Made by a program: the position numbers and the translations under genes. Below the pieces are notes generated by a model, which saw nothing but the letters and a program-made list of their open reading frames with translations, had not been told where the DNA came from and did not search any database. From assembly GCA_039801885.1 (NCBI GenBank), contig JBDRVN010000026.1, positions 1 to 21,707 on the forward strand: a DNA stretch of 21,707 bases. The letters run 5' to 3'. Positions 1 through 8,291 of this stretch are shown in pieces; the stretch's first letter is position 1, and each line of letters begins with the position of its first letter. Origin of the DNA: a candidate division WOR-3 bacterium. Lineage in GTDB: Bacteria; Hydrothermota; Tepidihabitantia; Tepidihabitantales; DTDR01.

Positions 1-1598
1 TTTTAGGAGTTACGATTCCTGATAGTTTTATTATTTTACCACCAACAAATCTACAAAAAGAATTACAAAAAGTAATTAGTATAAACAACTTTCGTCGAGG
101 TATTATTGAAAAATGTTTTTTGACTTTAAATATTGAAAACCATTCGCTAATAAATTTTAGATATTTTGAAATTAATTTAAGTAATTTGGTTTTAAATCTC
201 GGAATTTTAGAGCCAAATTCTCAAAAGGAGCTATTGGAGATAATTGAGAATAAATTTATTTCTTCACCAATTAATCTCTTATCAGTTTATGAAATTTCAA
301 CCACTGATACTTTATTAGTGAGAAAAGGCGATTATTTAAAATTAATATTTAAATTAACAAATATTAAATTAGTTGAGGGTGAATTAAAATTTAAAAATTC
401 TGTTTTAAATCATACTTATAAATATTACTTTAACTCATCTACCGATTTTGATTTAAATTATGGAGAAATAAAGGAAGGCTATTTGGATTTAGATTTTATT
501 AATCAATTTCCCTTTCCACTATCAATTTTCTTAAAGATTAAAGAAATAAATTATGAAAATAGTTTTGATATTTCCTCTTATGGCAATAAAAGAATTTCTA
601 TTTCCTTAGAAGGAGAAATTATTAAGCAAAGTTCTATTGATAAGAAAGGTTTCCTTTTGCCGATCGAAATTAACGCCCAAATTAAGGATACGGAAAAATT
701 TTTCAGTATTAGAAAAGAAAATTATCTTTCCTTTAGCGGACTGATAAGAGATTTAAAGTTTAAGAAAATTGATGGTAACTTTTTGTCGCCTTTCTATTTT
801 TTGAATAAACAAGATTCTTTAATAATAGATTTTTTAGGTAATCCCAAAGGAATAAAATTTGAAAAGATAGAGATGTTCTTAGATTTTATTTATAATGTAG
901 AAGCGCCCATTAAAATTTTTCTAACTGGAAAAAGTATTAACCGCAACGAAGAAATTTGTTCTCTTTATAGAGAAATTCACCTCCCTTTGAGAAGTGGGCA
1001 ACCTATTAATAAAATAAATGAAAAAATTAATATTACTAACTTAATAAATAATGGCCCAAAAATTTTGAAATTTAGTTATTCCGGAAGAATTAATGGTAAA
1101 GGAAGCATCGATGAAAAAAATTTCATTTTGATAAATGTTTCTGTTGAAGCACCTCTAAAATTTTCTTTTAGTAAAGATACTTTTATTGCTTACGAGAGAG
1201 AAATATTGCTTAATGAAGAAGAAAAAGAAAAGATTAACAAAAATTTAGTAGGCGGTGAGTTGGTTGTTGAAGTAATTAATCATTTTCCTATTGGTTTTGA
1301 TGGTTTGGTAGTTATAAAATCGGAGGAAGGAGATTCAGTAGCACTTCCTTTTGTTTTGGCGGGTGGGATAGTTTCTGAAAAAGGTTATTGTGAGAAAGAA
1401 AGGGAAAGCGAAATAATTTTAGAAATGAATGAAAACCAATTAGAAATTTTTAAAAAGGAAAGATTAAAAACGCTATTGAAAATTAATTTGCCGGAAAGTG
1501 ACACATTTCTTTTAAGACCCAGAGATTTTTTGAGTTTTAATACTTATGCAATATTAAAAGTAAAAACGAAGGAGATAATAAAATCAATTAAGAAATAA
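1..1598 (+). CDS. Hypothetical protein, 5'-truncated (probably exported, beta-rich)
   Basis: The frame of ORF 120..1598 is open from position 3 (LGVTIPDSFIILPPTNLQKELQK...), so the true start lies upstream of the window. Alternating hydrophobic beta-strand pattern; no motif recognised. Confidence 0.8.
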   Translation, partial: LGVTIPDSFIILPPTNLQKELQKVISINNFRRGIIEKCFLTLNIENHSLINFRYFEINLSNLVLNLGILEPNSQKELLEIIENKFISSPINLLSVYEISTTDTLLVRKGDYLKLIFKLTNIKLVEGELKFKNSVLNHTYKYYFNSSTDFDLNYGEIKEGYLDLDFINQFPFPLSIFLKIKEINYENSFDISSYGNKRISISLEGEIIKQSSIDKKGFLLPIEINAQIKDTEKFFSIRKENYLSFSGLIRDLKFKKIDGNFLSPFYFLNKQDSLIIDFLGNPKGIKFEKIEMFLDFIYNVEAPIKIFLTGKSINRNEEICSLYREIHLPLRSGQPINKINEKINITNLINNGPKILKFSYSGRINGKGSIDEKNFILINVSVEAPLKFSFSKDTFIAYEREILLNEEEKEKINKNLVGGELVVEVINHFPIGFDGLVVIKSEEGDSVALPFVLAGGIVSEKGYCEKERESEIILEMNENQLEIFKKERLKTLLKINLPESDTFLLRPRDFLSFNTYAILKVKTKEIIKSIKK

Positions 1599-1603
1599 TT
1601 TAT

Positions 1604-2734
1604 ATGGCAATTTATTTAATTTTGACGTTTTTTAATTACATTAATCTATTTTCTGATAATAAGGTTTATTATCAAATTTTGGGTATCACTCTTAATTTTT
1701 ATAATAATGCTTTTAGTGGTAAGGATTATAACTATTATAACGGAAAATATTTAAACGAAAATGATAAAAAAAGTATTTTAAAAATTATCCCTAAAGAGGG
1801 TTTAAAATTATCCGGCGAGGCTTATTTATCTTTTTTATTCCTTTGCTATCATTTTTGGAATTTAGATGCTTCTTTTAATTTGCGAAGTAGAGGAAGGGTT
1901 GAGAAAGAGATTTTTGATTTGATATTTTTTGGTAACAAATTAAATCAAGTTTATCAATCAAAAGAAAGTAAGGGAGAGATTTTTGCTTTTAGTAAAATAA
2001 AAAATGGTTTTGCTTTTTCTCTTAAAAAAAATTGGAAATTAGGTTTTGGAATAAGCTATTTAGAAGGCTATTATTATTTGAAAACTGAAAATAATTATTT
2101 AAATCTTTTGACTACCCAAAATTCACTCAATTTTTATAATGAAATAAATTATAAAAAAAGTTTCGGTGGTAGAGGTTTTGGTTTTGATATTGGTTTGGGA
2201 AGGAAAATAAATGAAAAAATTGGCCTTAAAATTATAATTGAAAATTTGGGAAATAGAATCTTTTGGCAGAAAGAAAATCGGGTTGGCAAAATTACCTTAA
2301 TAATTGACTCTTTAAATTTTAACAAAATAAGCACAGGTAATTATTACTCTTTTACTAAAGAAGAAAAGGAGATTAACGAATTTTTTAACGATCCTCTGCC
2401 AACAGAGATTAATTTCTCTTTAGAAAATAAAATAAAAGAGCATCTAAAAATTGAACCAGCCATATCTTGGGCGATAAAAGAGTTCTTTAAATTTTCTTCT
2501 GAATTAAATTATCAACCCTTTAACTTCTTATTAATTATTCCCTCTTTAAATCTTTATTTACCAATTAGTAAAGATATTTTTTTAGAAAGTTTTTCTTACG
2601 AAGTTGGTTTTGGTTTAGGAATTAATATTAAAAAATTTAATTTTTTAATACTCCAAGAATATTATAAAGGGATATTACTTAATGCTAAAGGGTTTTCTTT
2701 TAAGTTATATTTTGGTTATAACTTTTTTAAATAG
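1604..2734 (+). CDS. Putative outer-membrane beta-barrel protein (possibly DUF5723-like)
   Basis: 376-aa ORF with a short hydrophobic N-terminus, amphipathic strands (WKLGFGISYL, GFGFDIGLG, EVGFGLGINI) and an aromatic C-terminal strand (FKLYFGYNFFK) resembling a BAM beta-signal. The family name is a guess. Confidence 0.6.
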   Translation: MAIYLILTFFNYINLFSDNKVYYQILGITLNFYNNAFSGKDYNYYNGKYLNENDKKSILKIIPKEGLKLSGEAYLSFLFLCYHFWNLDASFNLRSRGRVEKEIFDLIFFGNKLNQVYQSKESKGEIFAFSKIKNGFAFSLKKNWKLGFGISYLEGYYYLKTENNYLNLLTTQNSLNFYNEINYKKSFGGRGFGFDIGLGRKINEKIGLKIIIENLGNRIFWQKENRVGKITLIIDSLNFNKISTGNYYSFTKEEKEINEFFNDPLPTEINFSLENKIKEHLKIEPAISWAIKEFFKFSSELNYQPFNFLLIIPSLNLYLPISKDIFLESFSYEVGFGLGINIKKFNFLILQEYYKGILLNAKGFSFKLYFGYNFFK

Positions 2735-2964
2735 CAAGAAAAAAGAAATTATCAAAGTTAAGAAGTTCTGAGTTCTTATTTTCTTTTTAAGATTAATATA
2801 AAGGATAGAGGGAAATTTTTATAGAAAGTGAAGGTAGTCATTTCTATCTCAAAACCAGTGGCAGGAAAGAGAGTGACTGAAGAAAGCAGAAATAGAAGAA
2901 AAAATGGTTAATAGATGTTGGGTTGTTATAATTTTTTAACCATTCTAAAATGGAATTGATTTAC

Positions 2965-3047
2965 TTTTCGGTTATATACTCTTTCTTCTCTGATACCTTT
3001 TTATACCAATATTTTGCCCTTTCTTTATTTTTTTTCGTTTATATACT
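2965..3047. repeat. Direct repeat pair, 16 bp with 1 mismatch, 67-bp period
   Basis: ttttcggttatatact (2965-2980) and ttttcgtttatatact (3032-3047). Each is followed by a similar tttct..tctct..acc tail. Confidence 0.6.
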
Positions 3048-3495
3048 TTTCTCATCTCTACCATAAATAAAAAGAATAATTTAATTTTAGATATTATTCC
3101 TATAAGTTATATTCATCCCTTATGTTTTACGGCGATACCAGCCTGCTTTTATTAATTTCAAAAATTCTTTCTGCTTCTATTCCCATATTTTTGATGCTCC
3201 TGAGTGCCATTATTACATGTTAAAAGTTAAGGAAGTAAAAATAGGTAAAAGCAGTATGAAAATTAAAAAAGAAAGTTTATTTATAAAGAGCGTAAAAAAT
3301 TATTAATAAAAATTGCTGTAATATTTTTACCAAATTAGTAAGAAGTTTATTGTTAATAACTTTCTATGGCCTACCTCACAGCACCCCTATATCTCTCTTT
3401 TTTGTTCTTACTTCTTTAAGTTTTTCCTTATGATATTCAAAAAAATAATTTATTTCTCTTTTTTTATTTATAAAATATTTCATATTGTATAATGA

Positions 3496-3524
3496 AATAT
3501 AGGAAAATTTTCTCCTAATGTCAA
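3496..3524 (-). promoter_or_regulatory. Sigma70-type promoter pointing into the ORF-poor region
   Basis: Minus strand TTGACA (3524-3519), 17-nt spacer, TATATT (3501-3496). Confidence 0.55.
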
Positions 3525-3548
3525 GGAAGATTTTTGAATAATTTGCTC

Positions 3549-3577
3549 TTGACTATTTTTAAAATTTTTGATAAAAT
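3549..3577 (+). promoter_or_regulatory. Sigma70-type promoter, leaderless, for the GTPase gene
   Basis: TTGACT (3549-3554), 17 nt, then TAAAAT (3572-3577) with an extended -10 TG. ATG follows 5 nt later; no SD. Confidence 0.7.
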
Positions 3578-3582
3578 GAAAT

Positions 3583-4560
3583 ATGCCAGCAAATTTACCT
3601 CCCCAATATTTTGAAGTAGAGGAGAAATATCGCCAAGCCAAAACGATTGAGGAGAAGTTGTATTATTTAAAAGAGATGTTAGCCACTGTTCCCAAACATA
3701 AAGGCACAGAAAAATTGCAAAAGGAAATTAAAACAAAAATTTCTAAATTACGTAAAGAACTGGCAAAGAAACCAAAGGTAAGTCGGGCAGTCTGGTATCA
3801 TTTTGAGAAACAAGGAGCCGGTCAAATCGCTATTTTTGGTAGTCCAAATTCGGGAAAATCTTCCTTAGTTAAACTTTTAACTAATGCTAATACGGAAATT
3901 GCTGACTATCCTTTTAGTACAAAAATTCCAATTACCGGAATGATGAAATATGAAAATATTCAAATTCAATTGATTGATTGCCCACCATTAAAGGAAGGTT
4001 TGCCTCCTTGGTATTTTCATCTTTTAAGATCAGCGGATGCTCTTTTATATCTTTTTGATTTAAGTCAAGATTCTTTATTAGATGAAAGTGAAGAAAATTT
4101 TAAAATTTTGGAAGAAGGGAAGATAAATATTTTTAAAAGCGATGAACCCAATTATAAGAAAACAATTTTTTGTGGTAATAAACTGGATTGTGAAAATGGT
4201 GAAATTCGTTATAATCTCTTTTTAGAATTTATAAAAAATTATTTATCGATTAATAATTTGAAAATAATTTCTATTTCGGTAAAAGAAAAGAAAAATATAG
4301 AGGATTTAAAAAGACTTTTATTTGGAAGTTTAGAAATTATAAGAGTTTATACCAAACCACCGGGAAAACCACCGGAATTAGAAGAGCCGATTGTGTTAGT
4401 AAAAAATTCTAATGTTTTAGATGCCGCTAAGGCACTTCATAAAGATTTTGCACGCAATCTTAAATATGCCCGTTTATGGGATAACAAAAACTTTTTTGGA
4501 CAAAGAGTGGAAAGAAATCATATTTTAAAGGATGGCGACATTATTGAATTTCATATTTAA
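3583..4560 (+). CDS. DRG/OBG-family GTPase with C-terminal TGS domain
   Basis: N-terminal helical region (PKHKGTEKL), G1 GSPNSGKS, G2 YPFST, G3 variant DCPP, G4 NKLD, and a TGS domain (IIRVYTKPPG...LHKDF...HILKDGDIIEFH). Confidence 0.9.
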   Translation: MPANLPPQYFEVEEKYRQAKTIEEKLYYLKEMLATVPKHKGTEKLQKEIKTKISKLRKELAKKPKVSRAVWYHFEKQGAGQIAIFGSPNSGKSSLVKLLTNANTEIADYPFSTKIPITGMMKYENIQIQLIDCPPLKEGLPPWYFHLLRSADALLYLFDLSQDSLLDESEENFKILEEGKINIFKSDEPNYKKTIFCGNKLDCENGEIRYNLFLEFIKNYLSINNLKIISISVKEKKNIEDLKRLLFGSLEIIRVYTKPPGKPPELEEPIVLVKNSNVLDAAKALHKDFARNLKYARLWDNKNFFGQRVERNHILKDGDIIEFHI

Positions 4561-4566
4561 TATAAA

Positions 4567-4594
4567 TTGACTTAAAAATAATTTTTATTATTCT
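4567..4594 (+). promoter_or_regulatory. Sigma70-type promoter, leaderless, for the 928-aa gene operon
   Basis: TTGACT (4567-4572), 16 nt, TATTCT (4589-4594). ATG follows 5 nt later at 4600; no SD. Confidence 0.55.
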
Positions 4595-4599
4595 TTTTT

Positions 4600-7386
4600 A
4601 TGATTTTTTTGTTGATTACTTTTATTTTTTCTCAAAGCTTGGATTCTCTTTCTTTGAATTATATAAAAAATGGCCTAAAGATCTTAGGCGTAGAAGAAAA
4701 GGAATTAGGTTACGAAAAGAGATGGGCAACCGATACCCTCTATCGTCTTTTTATTATTGATTCTCTTTTTAAAAAACCCTTAGAAACTCCAAAATATTTA
4801 GATGAGAACGTTTCCTTTTTGAATACCAATAAAGATTCCATTGTGAAAAATTATTTATTTTTATTAAATCAATTAAAAAGAAGGGATTTTTCAGGATTTT
4901 CCGAAAAGAAGGAGAGCAGAAAAATTAAGAAGGAGATCGAAAGTAAAGTAAGAACTTTAAAAAAATCGGTGATAGAAAATGAGAATTTTTATTATTTAAT
5001 TGCTGCTTTTCTTATTGGGGATAGTTATTATAAAAAAGCTTTAAGTAAATTAAAAGAAGAGGAAATCCATATATTACTTGCGGAAATCCCCTATCTGTTT
5101 TCTGACGAAGAAACAAATTCAGATGACTATTTGCGAGGAGCAATCTTAAAAGAATATAATATTTTTTATGATACCACAAAAGAAGTTGAGTTAGAAACTT
5201 TGTTTGCTCTTTTGAAAAAAGTGGAAATGGTAGATATATATCGGGCTAATTTAGCTTATATAATTGGTGTGGAAAAATTTTTGAAGAAGATAAAAGACTT
5301 TTCCTTTGAAAAAGATTTTGAAGAAGTAGAGATTAACAGTATTTCTATTGCTCTTGGTGGTAAAGGAAGTAATTTTTATAACAAAAATTATCGGATAATT
5401 GTTGATTTTGGTGGCAATGATTACTATTGGGTTAAAAATTGCGGAATAGTAATAGAAAGTTTTTCTTCGTTGATTATTGATTTAGCAGGAGACGATTATT
5501 ATCGTAACGAAAATATAGCTACTTTTGCCAGTGGTATTTTAGGTAGTGGTTTTCTTTTTGATTTCCAAGGTAACGATGTATATAAAGCAGGAGATTTTTC
5601 CTTGGCTTCCGGAGTTCTGGGATTAGGAATTTTGTGGGATTTAAAGGGTGACGATGTTTATCAAGGAAAGATTTTTTCTTGTGCCAGTGGTTTTTACGGT
5701 TTAGGAATACTTTTTGATTTCTCCGGTAATGATAACTATCAGATTTATAATTTTGGTCAAGGTTTTGGTTCGACTTTTGGTTATGGATTACTTTTTGATT
5801 TAGAAGGAAATGATGTTTATTATGCCGGTGGCAAATATCTTCATATTCCTCTTTTACCCAATGATTACCGTTCTTTTTCTCAAGGTTTTGCTATAGGTTT
5901 TCGACCAGAAGTAAGCGGTGGGATTGGTTTTCTTTGTGATATGGCCGGTAATGATTTTTATAACGGCGATGTTTTTACTCAGGGGTGTAGTTATTGGTAT
6001 TCCTTAGGGATGTTATATGATGGAAAAGGAAACGATAAGTATTATGCAACTGAATATGCCCAAGGAGCAGGAATTCATTTGGCAATCGGTATTTTAGTAG
6101 ATTCCTGCGGTGAAGATTTTTATTATTCTCGTTTAGGTCCTGCCCAAGGTGAAGGTCATGATTTAGCTATTGGAATATTAATTGATAACGACGGTGACGA
6201 TTTTTATTATGCCTCTGGTGGACAAGGTATTGGTTTAACAAACTCTTTTGGTTTACTTTTAGATAAAAATGGCGATGATTTATATTTCAATCGAGAAGAA
6301 AAATTTGGCCAAGGTTTTGCTAATGAGGCAAGAGGATTTGGCGGAATTGGTTTATTTATTGATTTAAAGGGCAAAGATTTATATGGAAACAAAGGAATGG
6401 GTGAAGAGAGTAATATCTGGATAGGCGGAATGCAAGCTTACGGAATAGATGAATTAAAAGAGAAAGAAAAAAAAATAGAAGAAGAAGATACAACCGTGAA
6501 AGATTTTGAAAAAATGGAAATTGAAGAGGTATTTAAGCATGCCTCTAAATGGGAAGTGGGTAGCGCTAAAAAAATTGTGAAAGAAGCACGTGCCGAGTTG
6601 ATTAAAAGAAAAGAAGAGGCAATAGAATATATTGTAAAGAAAAAACTTTCTACCAAGAATAGCTTGGAATTACGAGCAATTGAAGTGGTAGTTTGTTCTC
6701 TTCCGTCTCTTATTAAAAACTATTTAATTGATAGTATCAATAGCGACAATATCCAAACACGGGCTAATGTGATTTATCTTATCGGTAAAATAAAAGCAAA
6801 AGAAGCAATACCTTCATTGATAAAAGCCTTAAAAGATAAAAGGAATCGGCCAAGATGGATTTTAAATGCCTTTGCTGAGCTTGGCGATACTTCAGTATTT
6901 TTTGAAATTATTAATTATTTAAACTCAGCTGATGAACCAACAAGAATTTATGCCTGCTATGCCTTAGGTAAATTAAAAGATAAAAGAGGAACAAATTATT
7001 TAATAGAAAAACTAAAAGACCGTATTTTTACCGTACGACAAAGTGCTGAAATTGCTTTAGCGGAAATTGGAACACCGGCTTTACCAGCACTTTTGGACAA
7101 TTTATTAAAAAATAAAAATGAAAATTTTCAAGCCAATATTTTAAGGGTGATAAATCGAATTATCCCTAAATTGGATACCATGAAAAATCTAAAAGAAAGG
7201 GTAGAGATAAAAAATATTTTAATTTCTTATTTAGATAAAAAAAACCTATTGCTGAAAAGTTTAGCCATTGAAGCTCTTTCTTTGTTTAATGAAAAAGAGG
7301 TTAAAGAAATTTTAAAGAAGAGAATACCTTTTGAAAGTGATCCTTTAATTTTGAGAAAATTAAAAGAGGCGGTGAGGGAATTATGA
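4600..7386 (+). CDS. Large exported protein with 12 Gly-rich DxxGxDxY repeats and C-terminal HEAT (PBS-lyase-like) repeats
   Basis: Hydrophobic N-terminus; 12 D-x-x-G-[NDEK]-D-x-Y units between about 5401 and 6384; HEAT-like units (RANVIYLIGKIKAKEAIPSLIKAL, RIYACYALGKL, VRQSAEIALAEIG). Confidence 0.85.
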   Translation: MIFLLITFIFSQSLDSLSLNYIKNGLKILGVEEKELGYEKRWATDTLYRLFIIDSLFKKPLETPKYLDENVSFLNTNKDSIVKNYLFLLNQLKRRDFSGFSEKKESRKIKKEIESKVRTLKKSVIENENFYYLIAAFLIGDSYYKKALSKLKEEEIHILLAEIPYLFSDEETNSDDYLRGAILKEYNIFYDTTKEVELETLFALLKKVEMVDIYRANLAYIIGVEKFLKKIKDFSFEKDFEEVEINSISIALGGKGSNFYNKNYRIIVDFGGNDYYWVKNCGIVIESFSSLIIDLAGDDYYRNENIATFASGILGSGFLFDFQGNDVYKAGDFSLASGVLGLGILWDLKGDDVYQGKIFSCASGFYGLGILFDFSGNDNYQIYNFGQGFGSTFGYGLLFDLEGNDVYYAGGKYLHIPLLPNDYRSFSQGFAIGFRPEVSGGIGFLCDMAGNDFYNGDVFTQGCSYWYSLGMLYDGKGNDKYYATEYAQGAGIHLAIGILVDSCGEDFYYSRLGPAQGEGHDLAIGILIDNDGDDFYYASGGQGIGLTNSFGLLLDKNGDDLYFNREEKFGQGFANEARGFGGIGLFIDLKGKDLYGNKGMGEESNIWIGGMQAYGIDELKEKEKKIEEEDTTVKDFEKMEIEEVFKHASKWEVGSAKKIVKEARAELIKRKEEAIEYIVKKKLSTKNSLELRAIEVVVCSLPSLIKNYLIDSINSDNIQTRANVIYLIGKIKAKEAIPSLIKALKDKRNRPRWILNAFAELGDTSVFFEIINYLNSADEPTRIYACYALGKLKDKRGTNYLIEKLKDRIFTVRQSAEIALAEIGTPALPALLDNLLKNKNENFQANILRVINRIIPKLDTMKNLKERVEIKNILISYLDKKNLLLKSLAIEALSLFNEKEVKEILKKRIPFESDPLILRKLKEAVREL

Positions 7387-8291
7387 AATTTGTATATTCG
7401 GATAAGTACGAAATTGATATCGGTATTCATGTATTTCCTACGGTTAAATATCGACTGATTAGAGAGAAATTACTTAATGAAAATTTAACAAAAGAAGAGG
7501 ATTTTATTGAACCACCAAAACCAGATCTTGATGACATTCGTTTAGTGCATACAGCAGAATATCTTGATGATCTTTTAAATCTTAGATGGACAAGTCGAAC
7601 AATAAGGAGTGAATTGCCTTTAAGCTGGGAAATTGTTGAAGCTTATCTTCTAGCTGCCTCCGGAACAATTTTGACTTTAAAAATTGCTTTGCAAGAAAAA
7701 ATTGGTTTTCATATTGGTGGCGGATTTCATCACGCCTTTCCGGAACATGCTGAGGGTTTTTGTTATATTAACGATATTGCTGTTGGGATAAGGAAGCTTC
7801 AAAAAGAAGGGTTAATTAAAAAAGCAGCTGTGATTGATTGTGATTTGCACCAAGGAAATGGTACAGCAAAAATTTTCCAAAAAGATGAATCGGTATTTAC
7901 CTTCTCTATTCATCAAGAAAATTTATATCCCATTAAAGAAGAAAGTAATTGGGATATTGGTTTGTTAGATTTTACCGGAGACGAAGTTTATTTAAATTAT
8001 TTAAAGGAAGCAGTTCCCCAAATTATTAAAGAACATCAACCGGAATTAATTGTTTATGTTGCCGGTGCTGATCCTTATAAAGATGATCAATTAGGATTAT
8101 TAAGATTGACAAAAGAAGGATTAATAGAAAGAGATAAAATTGTTATAAAGAATGCCTTAGATAATAATATTCCAGTAGGTGTCGTTTTAGGTGGTGGTTA
8201 TGCTTTAGAGATAATGGACACAGTAGAAATCCATTTTAATACCGCAAAAGTTTGTTTAGAATTTCTTAAAGAAGAAAAAGTTAATGAATGA
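7383..8291 (+). CDS. Histone deacetylase family Zn-dependent amidohydrolase
   Basis: Motifs GGGFHHA, GFC, DCDLHQGNGT, AGADPYKDDQLG and GGGY are all intact. ATGA overlap with the upstream gene. Confidence 0.93.
   Translation: MKFVYSDKYEIDIGIHVFPTVKYRLIREKLLNENLTKEEDFIEPPKPDLDDIRLVHTAEYLDDLLNLRWTSRTIRSELPLSWEIVEAYLLAASGTILTLKIALQEKIGFHIGGGFHHAFPEHAEGFCYINDIAVGIRKLQKEGLIKKAAVIDCDLHQGNGTAKIFQKDESVFTFSIHQENLYPIKEESNWDIGLLDFTGDEVYLNYLKEAVPQIIKEHQPELIVYVAGADPYKDDQLGLLRLTKEGLIERDKIVIKNALDNNIPVGVVLGGGYALEIMDTVEIHFNTAKVCLEFLKEEKVNE

Noticed and set aside
120-122. TTG at 120 as start of ORF1
   Set aside because: The frame is open back to the window edge, so the gene is truncated.
2931-2960. ttttttaaccattctaaaatggaattga resembles the GGAATTGAAAC end of some CRISPR repeats
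   Set aside because: Single degenerate copy, no matching second unit and no cas genes; not called as CRISPR.
3095-3130. dif-like sequence (ttcctataa-gttata...ttatgtttt)
   Set aside because: The XerD-like arm is not at the required 6-bp spacing.
2735-3582. Replication origin in the long AT-rich gap
   Set aside because: No TTATCCACA-type DnaA boxes seen and no dnaA/dnaN/gidA context.
2149-7430. Short minus-strand ORFs 2149-2334, 6207-6392, 6438-6656 and 7227-7430
   Set aside because: Antisense shadows of well-supported genes, with no motifs.
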